Source: Desulfurococcaceae archaeon (lineage in GTDB: Archaea; Thermoproteota; Thermoprotei_A; Sulfolobales; Desulfurococcaceae). Taken from it: 64,000 nucleotides of DNA. Shown here piece after piece: positions 56,000-64,000 of the stretch. A model generated the notes under the pieces. The model searched no databases and had not been told where the DNA came from. It worked only from the letters and a program-made list of their open reading frames with translations. The position numbers and the translations under genes are program-made. The stretch spans positions 1 through 64,000 of the forward strand of contig JAWBBW010000001.1 in assembly GCA_038824035.1 (NCBI GenBank). Direction: 5' to 3'. The first letter of the stretch is position 1, and each line of letters opens with the position of its first letter.

Positions 56000-57799
56000 C
56001 TACTCGGTCAACTTGTAATCGGGCACCACTGGTGGTAAGCGGGCTTTTTTCGCATATATCGTGCTCAGCAGATAGTGTAATCCCAGTAATAGCGCCACGC
56101 CAATTGCTAATAATATAACTGGGTTTATTAGCCCCATCGCGAACATGATGTACAATACTATGCCAACTAGGCCGGCTAATAAAGCGTATGGCAACTGTGT
56201 CTTGACGTGATCTATGTGATCGCAACCGCTGAACATGGATGACATGATTGTTGTATCGCTTATGGGGGAACAATGGTCTCCGAATATACCACCGCCGAAG
56301 ACTGCACCTATTGCCGCGAACATGATCATATATGCTATCCAATCCTGGCCTGGGTAATGGATAAGTGCTAGTTTCCACGCCATGGGCACTGCGATGGGCA
56401 TCATTATTCCAAAAGTGCCCCAGCTAGTGCCAGTGTTGAACGATATGAACATCGATACCATGTATATTATCAATGGCACGAGTAACGCTGGTATACCTAT
56501 GGTCAACGCACCGTGTACAACGTAATCGGCTGTGCCAAGTGTATCGACAACAGTCTTAATGGTCCATGCATGTAGTAATATCGCGTTGGCGTAGAGCATC
56601 AAGTACATGCCTTTAACAGTATATCTCACACTATCTCTTAGACTGGCGTTTCTACTGAGCAATATCCAGGCAAGGGTGAAGAAATACGCGGCAAGCGAGG
56701 CCCAGAACAACGCCTTGGCCGCATCACAGTACTCCAATGCCTTGGCAAAACCAACCTCCCACCAGTGTTCTACGCCGATCTCCTCCATAGCCGCAACGCC
56801 GCCGGTGTACCACAGGCCCAATATTGCTATTGATATGAGCAATATCGCGGATATCACGAATAACCAGCCCGAAGCCCTCTTACCCGTGACAGGTTCTCTA
56901 CCGAGTACCTCTTCAGTTGGCATGAGGGGTGTGGCCCCATCTCTTAAAACCTTTCCCTCCTTAACAGCCCTGTGTTCAGCCATCAGCATTGGGCCGAAAT
57001 GCCTCCTCGTAATGCTGATCCAGAACACGAGGATGATTGCCAGTATTGAGTAGAAGTGATATGGCACAGCGTTAAGCCATGCATAATATGCCGCTATATC
57101 TGGCGCTATCGGTATCCCACCATTTGCAGCTTCTTCCTGCAATTTGACGATTGCATCGTTGATCAACGACACCTCGTAACCTATCCATGTAGAGACCACG
57201 AATAAGCCAGCAACAGGGGCTGCAGTGGAATCCACTATATAGCTGAGCATCTCTCTACTGATTCTGACCTTGTCCGTGACAGGCCTGGATGCATTGCCAA
57301 CCACAATCGTGTTTGTGTAGTCATCGAAGAATACTGTTAAACCAAGAACTGATGTTATTATGCTTGCTGTTCTCGAAGATTTAATGCCCTTTATAATTGA
57401 TTCAGCCGCTGAGTGCAGGGCGCCTGAGGCATATAATAAACCAACCCATGCACCGATGACGAAGTCAAATAACAATATAGTGGCATTCCATGAATTAATC
57501 GCGTTCTCTACATACCATTCAAACACCTTTAATGAAGCTGTTATGGGATTATATGCGGCCACCATTAACGCGCCTATCCATATACCTAGGAATAAAGATG
57601 GTAAGACCTCGCCTGTGACCATGCACAGGGCAATGGCTAGCAATGGCGGTAATAATGGAAAGGTGATGTACGGAAACCTCTTATCCTTGGGCATGAACTC
57701 AGCGTGTGGTGGGACATACGCGATCAGCGCGATGATTATAACGACTAGCACGATGATCCACTTGTACGGCACACCTTTCCTTGTCAAGAACCCCACCAA
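56000..57799 (-). CDS. NhaC-family Na+/H+ antiporter / amino-acid transporter
   Basis: FFDDY.N, SRE.LSYIVDSTAAP, TGTSWGTFG, GDHCSPISDTTIMSS, HIDHV.TQLPY. Confidence 0.9.
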   Translation of the reverse strand: MVGFLTRKGVPYKWIIVLVVIIIALIAYVPPHAEFMPKDKRFPYITFPLLPPLLAIALCMVTGEVLPSLFLGIWIGALMVAAYNPITASLKVFEWYVENAINSWNATILLFDFVIGAWVGLLYASGALHSAAESIIKGIKSSRTASIITSVLGLTVFFDDYTNTIVVGNASRPVTDKVRISREMLSYIVDSTAAPVAGLFVVSTWIGYEVSLINDAIVKLQEEAANGGIPIAPDIAAYYAWLNAVPYHFYSILAIILVFWISITRRHFGPMLMAEHRAVKEGKVLRDGATPLMPTEEVLGREPVTGKRASGWLFVISAILLISIAILGLWYTGGVAAMEEIGVEHWWEVGFAKALEYCDAAKALFWASLAAYFFTLAWILLSRNASLRDSVRYTVKGMYLMLYANAILLHAWTIKTVVDTLGTADYVVHGALTIGIPALLVPLIIYMVSMFISFNTGTSWGTFGIMMPIAVPMAWKLALIHYPGQDWIAYMIMFAAIGAVFGGGIFGDHCSPISDTTIMSSMFSGCDHIDHVKTQLPYALLAGLVGIVLYIMFAMGLINPVILLAIGVALLLGLHYLLSTIYAKKARLPPVVPDYKLTE

Positions 57800-58527
57800 G
57801 TAGACAATATGTGGCTTAAATTTAAAATCATTTACAACTAGTTAATCAATAATATATAGTTATACATACCATGAAATAAGCATTATAGTTTGGTAAATAT
57901 ACATGATTTCCAAACATCCCACGACGGCGAAGCCGCAGAGCCGTGTGTATTACTGGTCAATGGTAGAAGAGCTGGGCAAGTGACCAGGACAGGGTGAGCT
58001 CTCAGTTAATTAGGTTTACCAGGTGATTAACACATCAACAACATCATAGAGCACATCAATATCGCTTAATTCTAACAAGGCCGAGCTTGGATCTCAATGT
58101 ATATAGAGTGGTGTAGTTTTCAAGATCAATTCTATGTTACCCACTCGGATCTATTACCAAGCCGTAGAGAAACAAATCAAGCATCCCCCATGGTATCCCA
58201 GATCTAGCTAAATAAAGCCCAATCCGGTTTTGTACAGGGCTTCGAAATTTCTCCTTTTCATGAATATACATGGATCTGTAGCCCTCACAATAACACCGTG
58301 TGATATAATAGTAGCTAAGCATAATCCTATTTCTACGAAATTTAACGGACTCTATCACCCACGTACTCGTGGTTTATGTAATATCTCTGGAAATATCATT
58401 GTCTTTTCAACACTGGCTAGAGATCGTGAAGCAGAGTATAGAATTGATCATTAATTAGAAGTTCTTATTATGTAATGATTGTTGAGCCGGGTTAGCATTA
58501 ACTAGAGGTTCTATGAGGACCGATCTA

Positions 58528-58602
58528 TGGGGCCGCGGGGATTTGAACCCCGGGTCACGGGGGCCCAAGCCCCGCATCCTAGCCAGGCTAGACTACGGCC
58601 CC
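58528..58602 (-). tRNA. tRNA-Pro(TGG), intronless, CCA not encoded
   Basis: GGGGCCG/CGGCCCC acceptor stem, CGGGG-CU-UGG-GC-CCCCG anticodon arm, UUCAAAU T-loop. Confidence 0.97.
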
Positions 58603-58672
58603 CTTTAGAATAGAAATCACAGAGCGGGTTTTAAATCCCTTCTTCAATCGATCTCTTGGAATCGACCCAGTG

Positions 58673-59662
58673 TTAGTTAAATACTTTGTGCGCGATGCTC
58701 TTATACCTGGATATATTCCTCGTTTCCAATGGATCTATGCCTCTCAAGCGAGCTAGTTTCACGCTTGCTAATCCGATAATTAATGTGCCGTAAATCAGCT
58801 TTTCAAGGAGATTACTGCCCCTGAGTGCTAGTCTATAGGTTGATAATCCAAGATCTCTATAGATTTCATCCATAAACTCCACCAATTGAACACCCACTTT
58901 ATCATCGGGGTCCACGATCTCCAGTACACAGTGATCCCTTGTGAAAGGTTTTTCATAGCCAACGATATCGTTATGCATCCATTCAGGTGCTATATCTAAT
59001 TTAACTAGTGTTTTACTGTTCTCGTTAAACTCGTTCTTGCCCCTGGTCGCCAGCGATTCCAATGGGACATGAGTTGCTATTACAAGTTCTCTGTGTTCTC
59101 TGTAGATCCATGTTGCCATTTCCTCGGAGATCTTGTAAATGCTTTCGAGGCCTTTGTTGAGAAACACTAGAGAGCTTTCAGCTGTTTTTTTATCGACAAG
59201 TGTATAACCACTAGTATCCAATAACCCCAGTATCCTGTAGAGCATTACCGGCAATGCCGCCCTAGGAGCCAGGCCCTCGGGGAGGTCTATGTGTAAGGCG
59301 CCTTTATCGGCGAAGTATTTCTTCAATAAGCCACCACTTGAAACTGTGACCACGTAGGCGCCTCTCTTTATCGCTTGACCAGTTGCTTTCAAGGTCTCAA
59401 CAGTATTGCCACTATAGCTCACTGCTATGAAAAGCGTTTCTGAATCCACGAAGCCAGGTATCACGTGTGATTTCACCACGTATACTGGATACTTGTAATT
59501 GTTGTTTGTGATAGCTAATGTGGCTATGTAGTCGCCTACTATGCCGCTACCACCCATACCTGCTATTGTGATTTTATTAAAACCCTTTTCAATACCGAAC
59601 ATAGACCATTTATCCAGCGCATCCTTGATCAAGCCTGGCCATGACATGTACATGGATTCCAT
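58673..59662 (-). CDS. Bifunctional phosphoglucose/phosphomannose isomerase
   Basis: AGMGGSG, VSYSGNTVET, PRAAL, NENSK, PEWMHN.I. Confidence 0.92.
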   Translation of the reverse strand: MESMYMSWPGLIKDALDKWSMFGIEKGFNKITIAGMGGSGIVGDYIATLAITNNNYKYPVYVVKSHVIPGFVDSETLFIAVSYSGNTVETLKATGQAIKRGAYVVTVSSGGLLKKYFADKGALHIDLPEGLAPRAALPVMLYRILGLLDTSGYTLVDKKTAESSLVFLNKGLESIYKISEEMATWIYREHRELVIATHVPLESLATRGKNEFNENSKTLVKLDIAPEWMHNDIVGYEKPFTRDHCVLEIVDPDDKVGVQLVEFMDEIYRDLGLSTYRLALRGSNLLEKLIYGTLIIGLASVKLARLRGIDPLETRNISRYKSIAHKVFN

Positions 59663-59724
59663 TTTTAATCACCTTTCCTTATTATATGGGTTGTTGATAA
59701 TAATGCTTTGGCATACCTTGTCAA

Positions 59725-60387
59725 ATGGGCGCATACATCATGATCCTAGATATATTGACGAGGGGTAGAGTGATCGTATCTTGTAAAAATATGAATTTAA
59801 AGATAAAGCTCGCATCGATCCTCATTGATCACCTATTAACACGTGGATACGAAGTATTCATTATTGATAAACACCTCGTTTTAACCAGGTATTTGCCAGA
59901 ACACATAGCTCATAGAGTGAAGATACTTGAAAACCCTGTGGAAAATATGAGAGGCGGGAACGCCTATGTACTTGTGTTCGAATCCCCCCGATCAGTCATT
60001 GAGATACAGGGATTTGAAAGGATTATCGTGTTTACATCTACATTGAGAAACATGCCTAGATCTCTGAAAGGCTTCAACACCGTAGTCATAAAGACTATTT
60101 CAAACAACACGTACTCTTTCCACGATGTCGAAGAAGGCATTAAAGTGAGATTCTCAATCATGGGCGATGAGATAAGGGTTATTGAGAAACCAGGAGGTGC
60201 ATTTGGAAAAGCACTGGAGATCTTGGAGAACGCTATGGTCGTTTACGGGGAGTTAACGACAAAGGATGCGATAAGATTGATCTCGAGAGAGCTTGGTGTT
60301 AGCAAGGAATTGGCTAGAAGGATTCTTGGAAAACTGATCGAGGATAAGTACATAAGGATATTGAAAGGGAGGATCTCACTTGTATAG
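59725..60387 (+). CDS. Hypothetical protein with C-terminal wHTH
   Basis: GELTTKDAIRLISRELGVSKELARRILGKLIEDKYIRI; the N-terminus looks like a degenerate P-loop fold. Confidence 0.6.
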   Translation: MGAYIMILDILTRGRVIVSCKNMNLKIKLASILIDHLLTRGYEVFIIDKHLVLTRYLPEHIAHRVKILENPVENMRGGNAYVLVFESPRSVIEIQGFERIIVFTSTLRNMPRSLKGFNTVVIKTISNNTYSFHDVEEGIKVRFSIMGDEIRVIEKPGGAFGKALEILENAMVVYGELTTKDAIRLISRELGVSKELARRILGKLIEDKYIRILKGRISLV

Positions 60388-60394
60388 GAGATCT

Positions 60395-60874
60395 CTAAGC
60401 GTTCTCAAGGGACTCATCGAAATATACCTTGAGTAAACCGAGTTTCTTAAACACAACATTGATGTAGTCATCTACGATATTGCGTTGAATGCCGGATCTC
60501 TCGATTTTGGCCAACACAACGCTTTCTACAATTGAGTATTTTTTATACCTCTCATTCAACTCCCTCCAAGGGATCCCTGAAAAGGCCTTTGCTACTTGGT
60601 TATCAATAGGTAATACCCCTTTCAGGAACATGAGAGAGATTATTGGATACCCTATGTACCCTCTGTATATGGTGCCGTTGTCATTGCTGTAAACACGGAA
60701 CATATTCCCTCCCTCATCGATCAAGACTACTTTGTATTCTCGCTCACCTCCACTAGATTTCACAATGGCCTTGGTGGATGAAACTGGCTTAACACGTCCA
60801 TCGCTGAGAGCGCCAAGGGCCTCCATGACCTTTATACGAGGAGGTTTAGATAATAACTTCAAATACAATGTCAC
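60395..60874 (-). CDS. Conserved hypothetical protein
   Basis: PPRIKV.EALGA..DGRV, SS.G.REY.V, SNDNGT.YRGY.GYP, W.ELN..YK motifs. Confidence 0.7.
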   Translation of the reverse strand: MTLYLKLLSKPPRIKVMEALGALSDGRVKPVSSTKAIVKSSGGEREYKVVLIDEGGNMFRVYSNDNGTIYRGYIGYPIISLMFLKGVLPIDNQVAKAFSGIPWRELNERYKKYSIVESVVLAKIERSGIQRNIVDDYINVVFKKLGLLKVYFDESLENA

Positions 60875-61105
60875 CTATTTTTTCTTTAGAACAATGAAGG
60901 GGTTTTCGGATAAAACCTCCCCTATACCCTCTATTCGTTGCCCAATGCCGTATTTGATGTATTTCTCTAATAAGTCCTTTTCGATTTTAACGTAGAAATA
61001 TGTTTCATTGCCATTTACCGAGCCATACGCGTAGATCAATATTTCGTTAAAACCCGGTAATTGCTCGAAACCTATAATCACCCCGGAGAAATATATCTCG
61101 CCCAT
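60875..61105 (-). CDS. Small beta-rich hypothetical protein (possible OB fold)
   Basis: 76 aa, GTGG RBS, abuts the downstream gene. Confidence 0.6.
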   Translation of the reverse strand: MGEIYFSGVIIGFEQLPGFNEILIYAYGSVNGNETYFYVKIEKDLLEKYIKYGIGQRIEGIGEVLSENPFIVLKKK

Positions 61106-61248
61106 CTCTATACCACTTTATCCACATTAATTCATGCTCATTAGTATTAATCACAGCGAGCAATATATAAGTTATCGTGCCAGATAGGCTTTTATATAAG
61201 CTATATCAATATAAATTATAATGACATGGATCTAAATGGTGATGTGAA

Positions 61249-62043
61249 TTGAGTGAGGCTATAAGGGAATTAGAGCTCAACACGGGGATTATAATAGCCG
61301 GTGCTTATGCCGATAAAGTGCGGAGAACAGCGTTTGCACAGTTATCCGATTTAATCAAGCAGAACAAGGAAATCGCCAAAGAGGTGGCGAGAGCCACGGC
61401 TGAGTTAAACATGGTGTTATATCATATACTGGTCGAGAACCTGAAAATAGAGAAAGGCGATGCTGTGAGGATAAGGATCAAGTATATATATGACAGTGCT
61501 TCGAATAAATTGAAATGGAAATACGATTCACTGAGAGTGGAAGTGTTTAAGAGGGTCCCGGATGAACAAGTGGCAGAGATTACCAATAGAGTGATGAAAG
61601 AGAAACTCGAAGAAGTGCAGAAAGCGTATGCAACAGGCCCCGAGGTCGTCGAGGAGAAACCAGTTGAGAAACGAGAAGTAATTGAAAGATTAGAGAAACC
61701 AATGCCAGAGCTTGCCCCTGTGGACGTGTTGCAAAACGTGGCTTCAGTGGACATAGTTGGAGAAATAGTTACTGGTGGTTATTTAGCGAAATTATCAAGA
61801 ATGGATGGAGTCTCAATGGGGTTGGTATCATTAACTCCTAGTGGTGAAGACGTTGTAATAGATGCAGTTGTCCTCGTGGAGAACAAGGCGTTCAGGTATA
61901 TGGCTAGGACTTCCACTAAATTGGATATATTGATTGAAGAGCCTGGTAAAGTACTGGAAATACTTAAGGCGAGTAAACCAACCCAGCTAAGCAAAGAGGA
62001 GGCTAGTAGATTGATCAACGAGAAAATGCAGTCATTGATCTAA
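61249..62043 (+). CDS. DUF2258 / ThermoDBP-related protein, paralog 2
   Basis: LNTGIIIAGAYADKVRRTAFAQL...ELN..LY...KGDAVRIRI.Y...LKWKYDSL. Confidence 0.88.
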   Translation: MSEAIRELELNTGIIIAGAYADKVRRTAFAQLSDLIKQNKEIAKEVARATAELNMVLYHILVENLKIEKGDAVRIRIKYIYDSASNKLKWKYDSLRVEVFKRVPDEQVAEITNRVMKEKLEEVQKAYATGPEVVEEKPVEKREVIERLEKPMPELAPVDVLQNVASVDIVGEIVTGGYLAKLSRMDGVSMGLVSLTPSGEDVVIDAVVLVENKAFRYMARTSTKLDILIEEPGKVLEILKASKPTQLSKEEASRLINEKMQSLI

Positions 62044-62162
62044 GTGTCGACCTAGCCCTCGATATCACAGGTGTAAAACCCCCGGGAAAGTGATGTATGC
62101 TTTACAGGTTCTTAGCTATAGCAATGTACCTGGCTCATACCTTGGTGTTTATCTAGAGGAAA

Positions 62163-62229
62163 AGGTCAGCCCCGCGCGAGTACTTCATCCCCTTTAAAGG
62201 GTTTTACCTGCCACGCGTCTTCATCCCCA
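62163..62229 (-). ncRNA. Atypical box C/D-like RNA with internal hairpin
   Basis: Minus strand: GGGAUGA-AGACGCGUGGCAGGUAAAA-CCCUUUAAAGGG-GAUGA-AGUACUCGCGCGGGG-CUGA-CC. Confidence 0.65.
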
Positions 62230-62336
62230 TGGTATTGAGCCCATTTTCCATTATTTCAGACAGCACACCAATTTAGAATACCAGGTCTTTTGGCTTTAAT
62301 TCCTTTGCCATGGGAGTTGTGTTTAAGGGAGTTTCA

Positions 62337-63341
62337 ATGCCTAGGATAGATATCGGGGAGGCTCCGCCGGGCATTCTGGATCTGAGTAACGAGGAGATCC
62401 TGAGGGAATTCGAGTTAACACTTGAAACTAGCGGGGCATCCAGGGACACTATTAAGTCGTATATGGCGGCTGTAAGTGATTTCCTATCATTCATTGGTAA
62501 TAAGCCATTGAGAGAGATCACTGCTAGGGATATATTGAACTGGAGAAATGATAGATTGAGAAATGGGTTCAATAACTCCAAGACAATGGATAGATCTAAG
62601 TGGCAGGTCACACTTCACTATTACACTATCATGTTGCGGAGATTCCTGAAATGGCTTGGACTGGATATCAAGGTACCGGGCGTTAAAAAGCCACAGGCGA
62701 GAATTGATGTCCTCAGTGATGAGGAACTTCAATCACTTCTACGTGTTGCCAAGAAGCCTTTGGATAGGTTAATACTGAGTCTCCTGATAAGCACAGGTCT
62801 ACGTAGCAGGGAGCTATTGGAACTGAGAGTGGAGGATGTGGATTTTAATAGACAGGTACTGAGAGTGAGGTCTGCTAAGTATGGAAGAGAACGCTATGTG
62901 ACAGCCACTCCAGAGGTATTTGATATGATCGATTCTTGGATCAAATTAAATGGACTGAAGCCCGGTGACAAGTTGTTCAGCTTGACTTATAGCGGGTTAT
63001 ACAAGAAGATAAAGACCTTGGCCAAGAGGGCCGGCATAGATACAGCCAAGATAAGGCCACATGTATTGAGACATACCTTTGCCACGTTGGCTATTAGAAA
63101 GGGGATGAGCCTGCCAAGTCTTCAGAGACTACTAGGACATAGTGATATAAGGACTACTCAGATATACCTACACTTGACAATAGATGATATAAAGAGAGAA
63201 TATGAAGAGAAATTCGCAGACACTAATATGGTTTTAAATCGCTGTATCAACTGCAACAGGGAGATACCAAGAGATGCTTCGTATTGTCCATATTGTGGCA
63301 TAAATCTTGGCATTAGTCGAGCCGCGTTATCACAGGCATAG
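62337..63341 (+). CDS. xerA: Tyrosine recombinase XerA with C-terminal zinc ribbon
   Basis: TGLRS.EL, KYGRER, PHVLRHTFAT, LLGHSDIRTTQIY; C-terminal CINC...CPYCG. Confidence 0.9.
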   Translation: MPRIDIGEAPPGILDLSNEEILREFELTLETSGASRDTIKSYMAAVSDFLSFIGNKPLREITARDILNWRNDRLRNGFNNSKTMDRSKWQVTLHYYTIMLRRFLKWLGLDIKVPGVKKPQARIDVLSDEELQSLLRVAKKPLDRLILSLLISTGLRSRELLELRVEDVDFNRQVLRVRSAKYGRERYVTATPEVFDMIDSWIKLNGLKPGDKLFSLTYSGLYKKIKTLAKRAGIDTAKIRPHVLRHTFATLAIRKGMSLPSLQRLLGHSDIRTTQIYLHLTIDDIKREYEEKFADTNMVLNRCINCNREIPRDASYCPYCGINLGISRAALSQA

Positions 63342-63360
63342 ATATGGCTTAGGTGTATTT

Positions 63361-63825
63361 CTACGTGTCGAGAAATCTCGCGATCACGACTCTCGGTATC
63401 AAGTCGTAGTTAGGGTTCCTATTTCTATATATCTTCACTAGCTCTTCACCGTCCTTGACTGGGTATTCATCGTTATAGTTTGATAATATGTTTTCCGGGC
63501 TATTATCAAATAAGATCACATATACCGGGTTCACAGGGATACTCCATTTCTCACCTGAGTAGCGTATTTCAAGGAGCCTCTCTAAGAACTCCTTGTCATC
63601 AACATAGGATTCGCTTATAACGGCCCTGTAGTATTGTGATATATAATGTGCCACCGCTATCGCCACTAGTTCACTTCCTTTATAGATCTTTATGACTGAG
63701 ATCTCGCTGTGATCCTCTAGTACGGCATGGGGACCATATACAATCACATAGCCGTTATCTTGCAGTTTCTTGATAAAGCTATCGAGATCTTTCACATTGA
63801 TGGACTCGAACACGGCATTCCTCAT
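63361..63825 (-). CDS. Hypothetical protein
   Basis: 154-aa ORF with a GAGGT RBS; no recognised motif. Confidence 0.65.
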   Translation of the reverse strand: MRNAVFESINVKDLDSFIKKLQDNGYVIVYGPHAVLEDHSEISVIKIYKGSELVAIAVAHYISQYYRAVISESYVDDKEFLERLLEIRYSGEKWSIPVNPVYVILFDNSPENILSNYNDEYPVKDGEELVKIYRNRNPNYDLIPRVVIARFLDT

Positions 63826-63917
63826 AGTAAATACCTCTTTATAAGCACTTTACCCCCGAAATGTCCTTACATCTCAAATTGGCAAATTATTTTTATAAAA
63901 CAAGAGGAGTTGGAAAG

Positions 63918-64000
63918 ATGTATACAAAGATGATTGAAGACGCTGTTCCAGGTACTAGTAGGGAGAGAAGAGTAGTTGACACTGTATTGAATGAGTTAAA
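63918..64000 (+). CDS. 5' end of a CDS running off the window (possibly M28 peptidase-like)
   Basis: MYTKMIEDAVPGTSRERRVVDTVLNEL after GAGGAG; the product guess is weak. Confidence 0.4.
   Translation, partial: MYTKMIEDAVPGTSRERRVVDTVLNEL

Noticed and set aside
61166-61193. TATAAGTTATC-GTGCCA-GATAGGCTTTT as a dif site near xerA
   Set aside because: Only about 6 of 11 arm positions are complementary; better explained by divergent TATA boxes
58528-63341. tRNA plus tyrosine recombinase as an integrated element
   Set aside because: The recombinase is XerA-like, the intervening genes include housekeeping PGI/PMI, and no att repeat or viral genes were seen
1-64000. CRISPR arrays, IS elements, rRNA, inteins
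   Set aside because: None seen by eye; no regularly spaced repeats, transposase motifs or oversized conserved proteins

Overview
Gene-dense chromosomal window from a hyperthermophilic crenarchaeon, most consistent with Desulfurococcales. This rests on class I LysRS, crenarchaeal PGI/PMI, DUF2258 paralogs, Hjc/PINA, TATA-box promoters and GGTG-type RBSs. Most of it is housekeeping: porA(3')/porB, thrC, split lipoate ligase, thiolase, three dispersed biotin-dependent carboxylase subunits, taw1, PDO, hypD, ppsA, LeuRS/LysRS/IleRS, an mre11-nurA-herA-rad50 operon, tRNA-Pro(TGG) and xerA. Less ordinary content: a ferritin-like (Flp)-encapsulin fusion with a second ferritin-like gene; an 882-aa membrane-anchored DUF5695-like glycosidase; a wHTH-coiled-coil plus tandem-ParB gene pair; bacterial-type SpeA and a probable arginine synthetase (ArcE); and six intergenic box C/D-like RNAs plus one GC hairpin RNA candidate, read by eye. 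One of these RNAs is atypical, with self-paired guides, and both DUF2258 paralogs end next to a convergent C/D-like RNA. I saw no CRISPR array, transposase or provirus. All assignments come from motif recognition without database searches.
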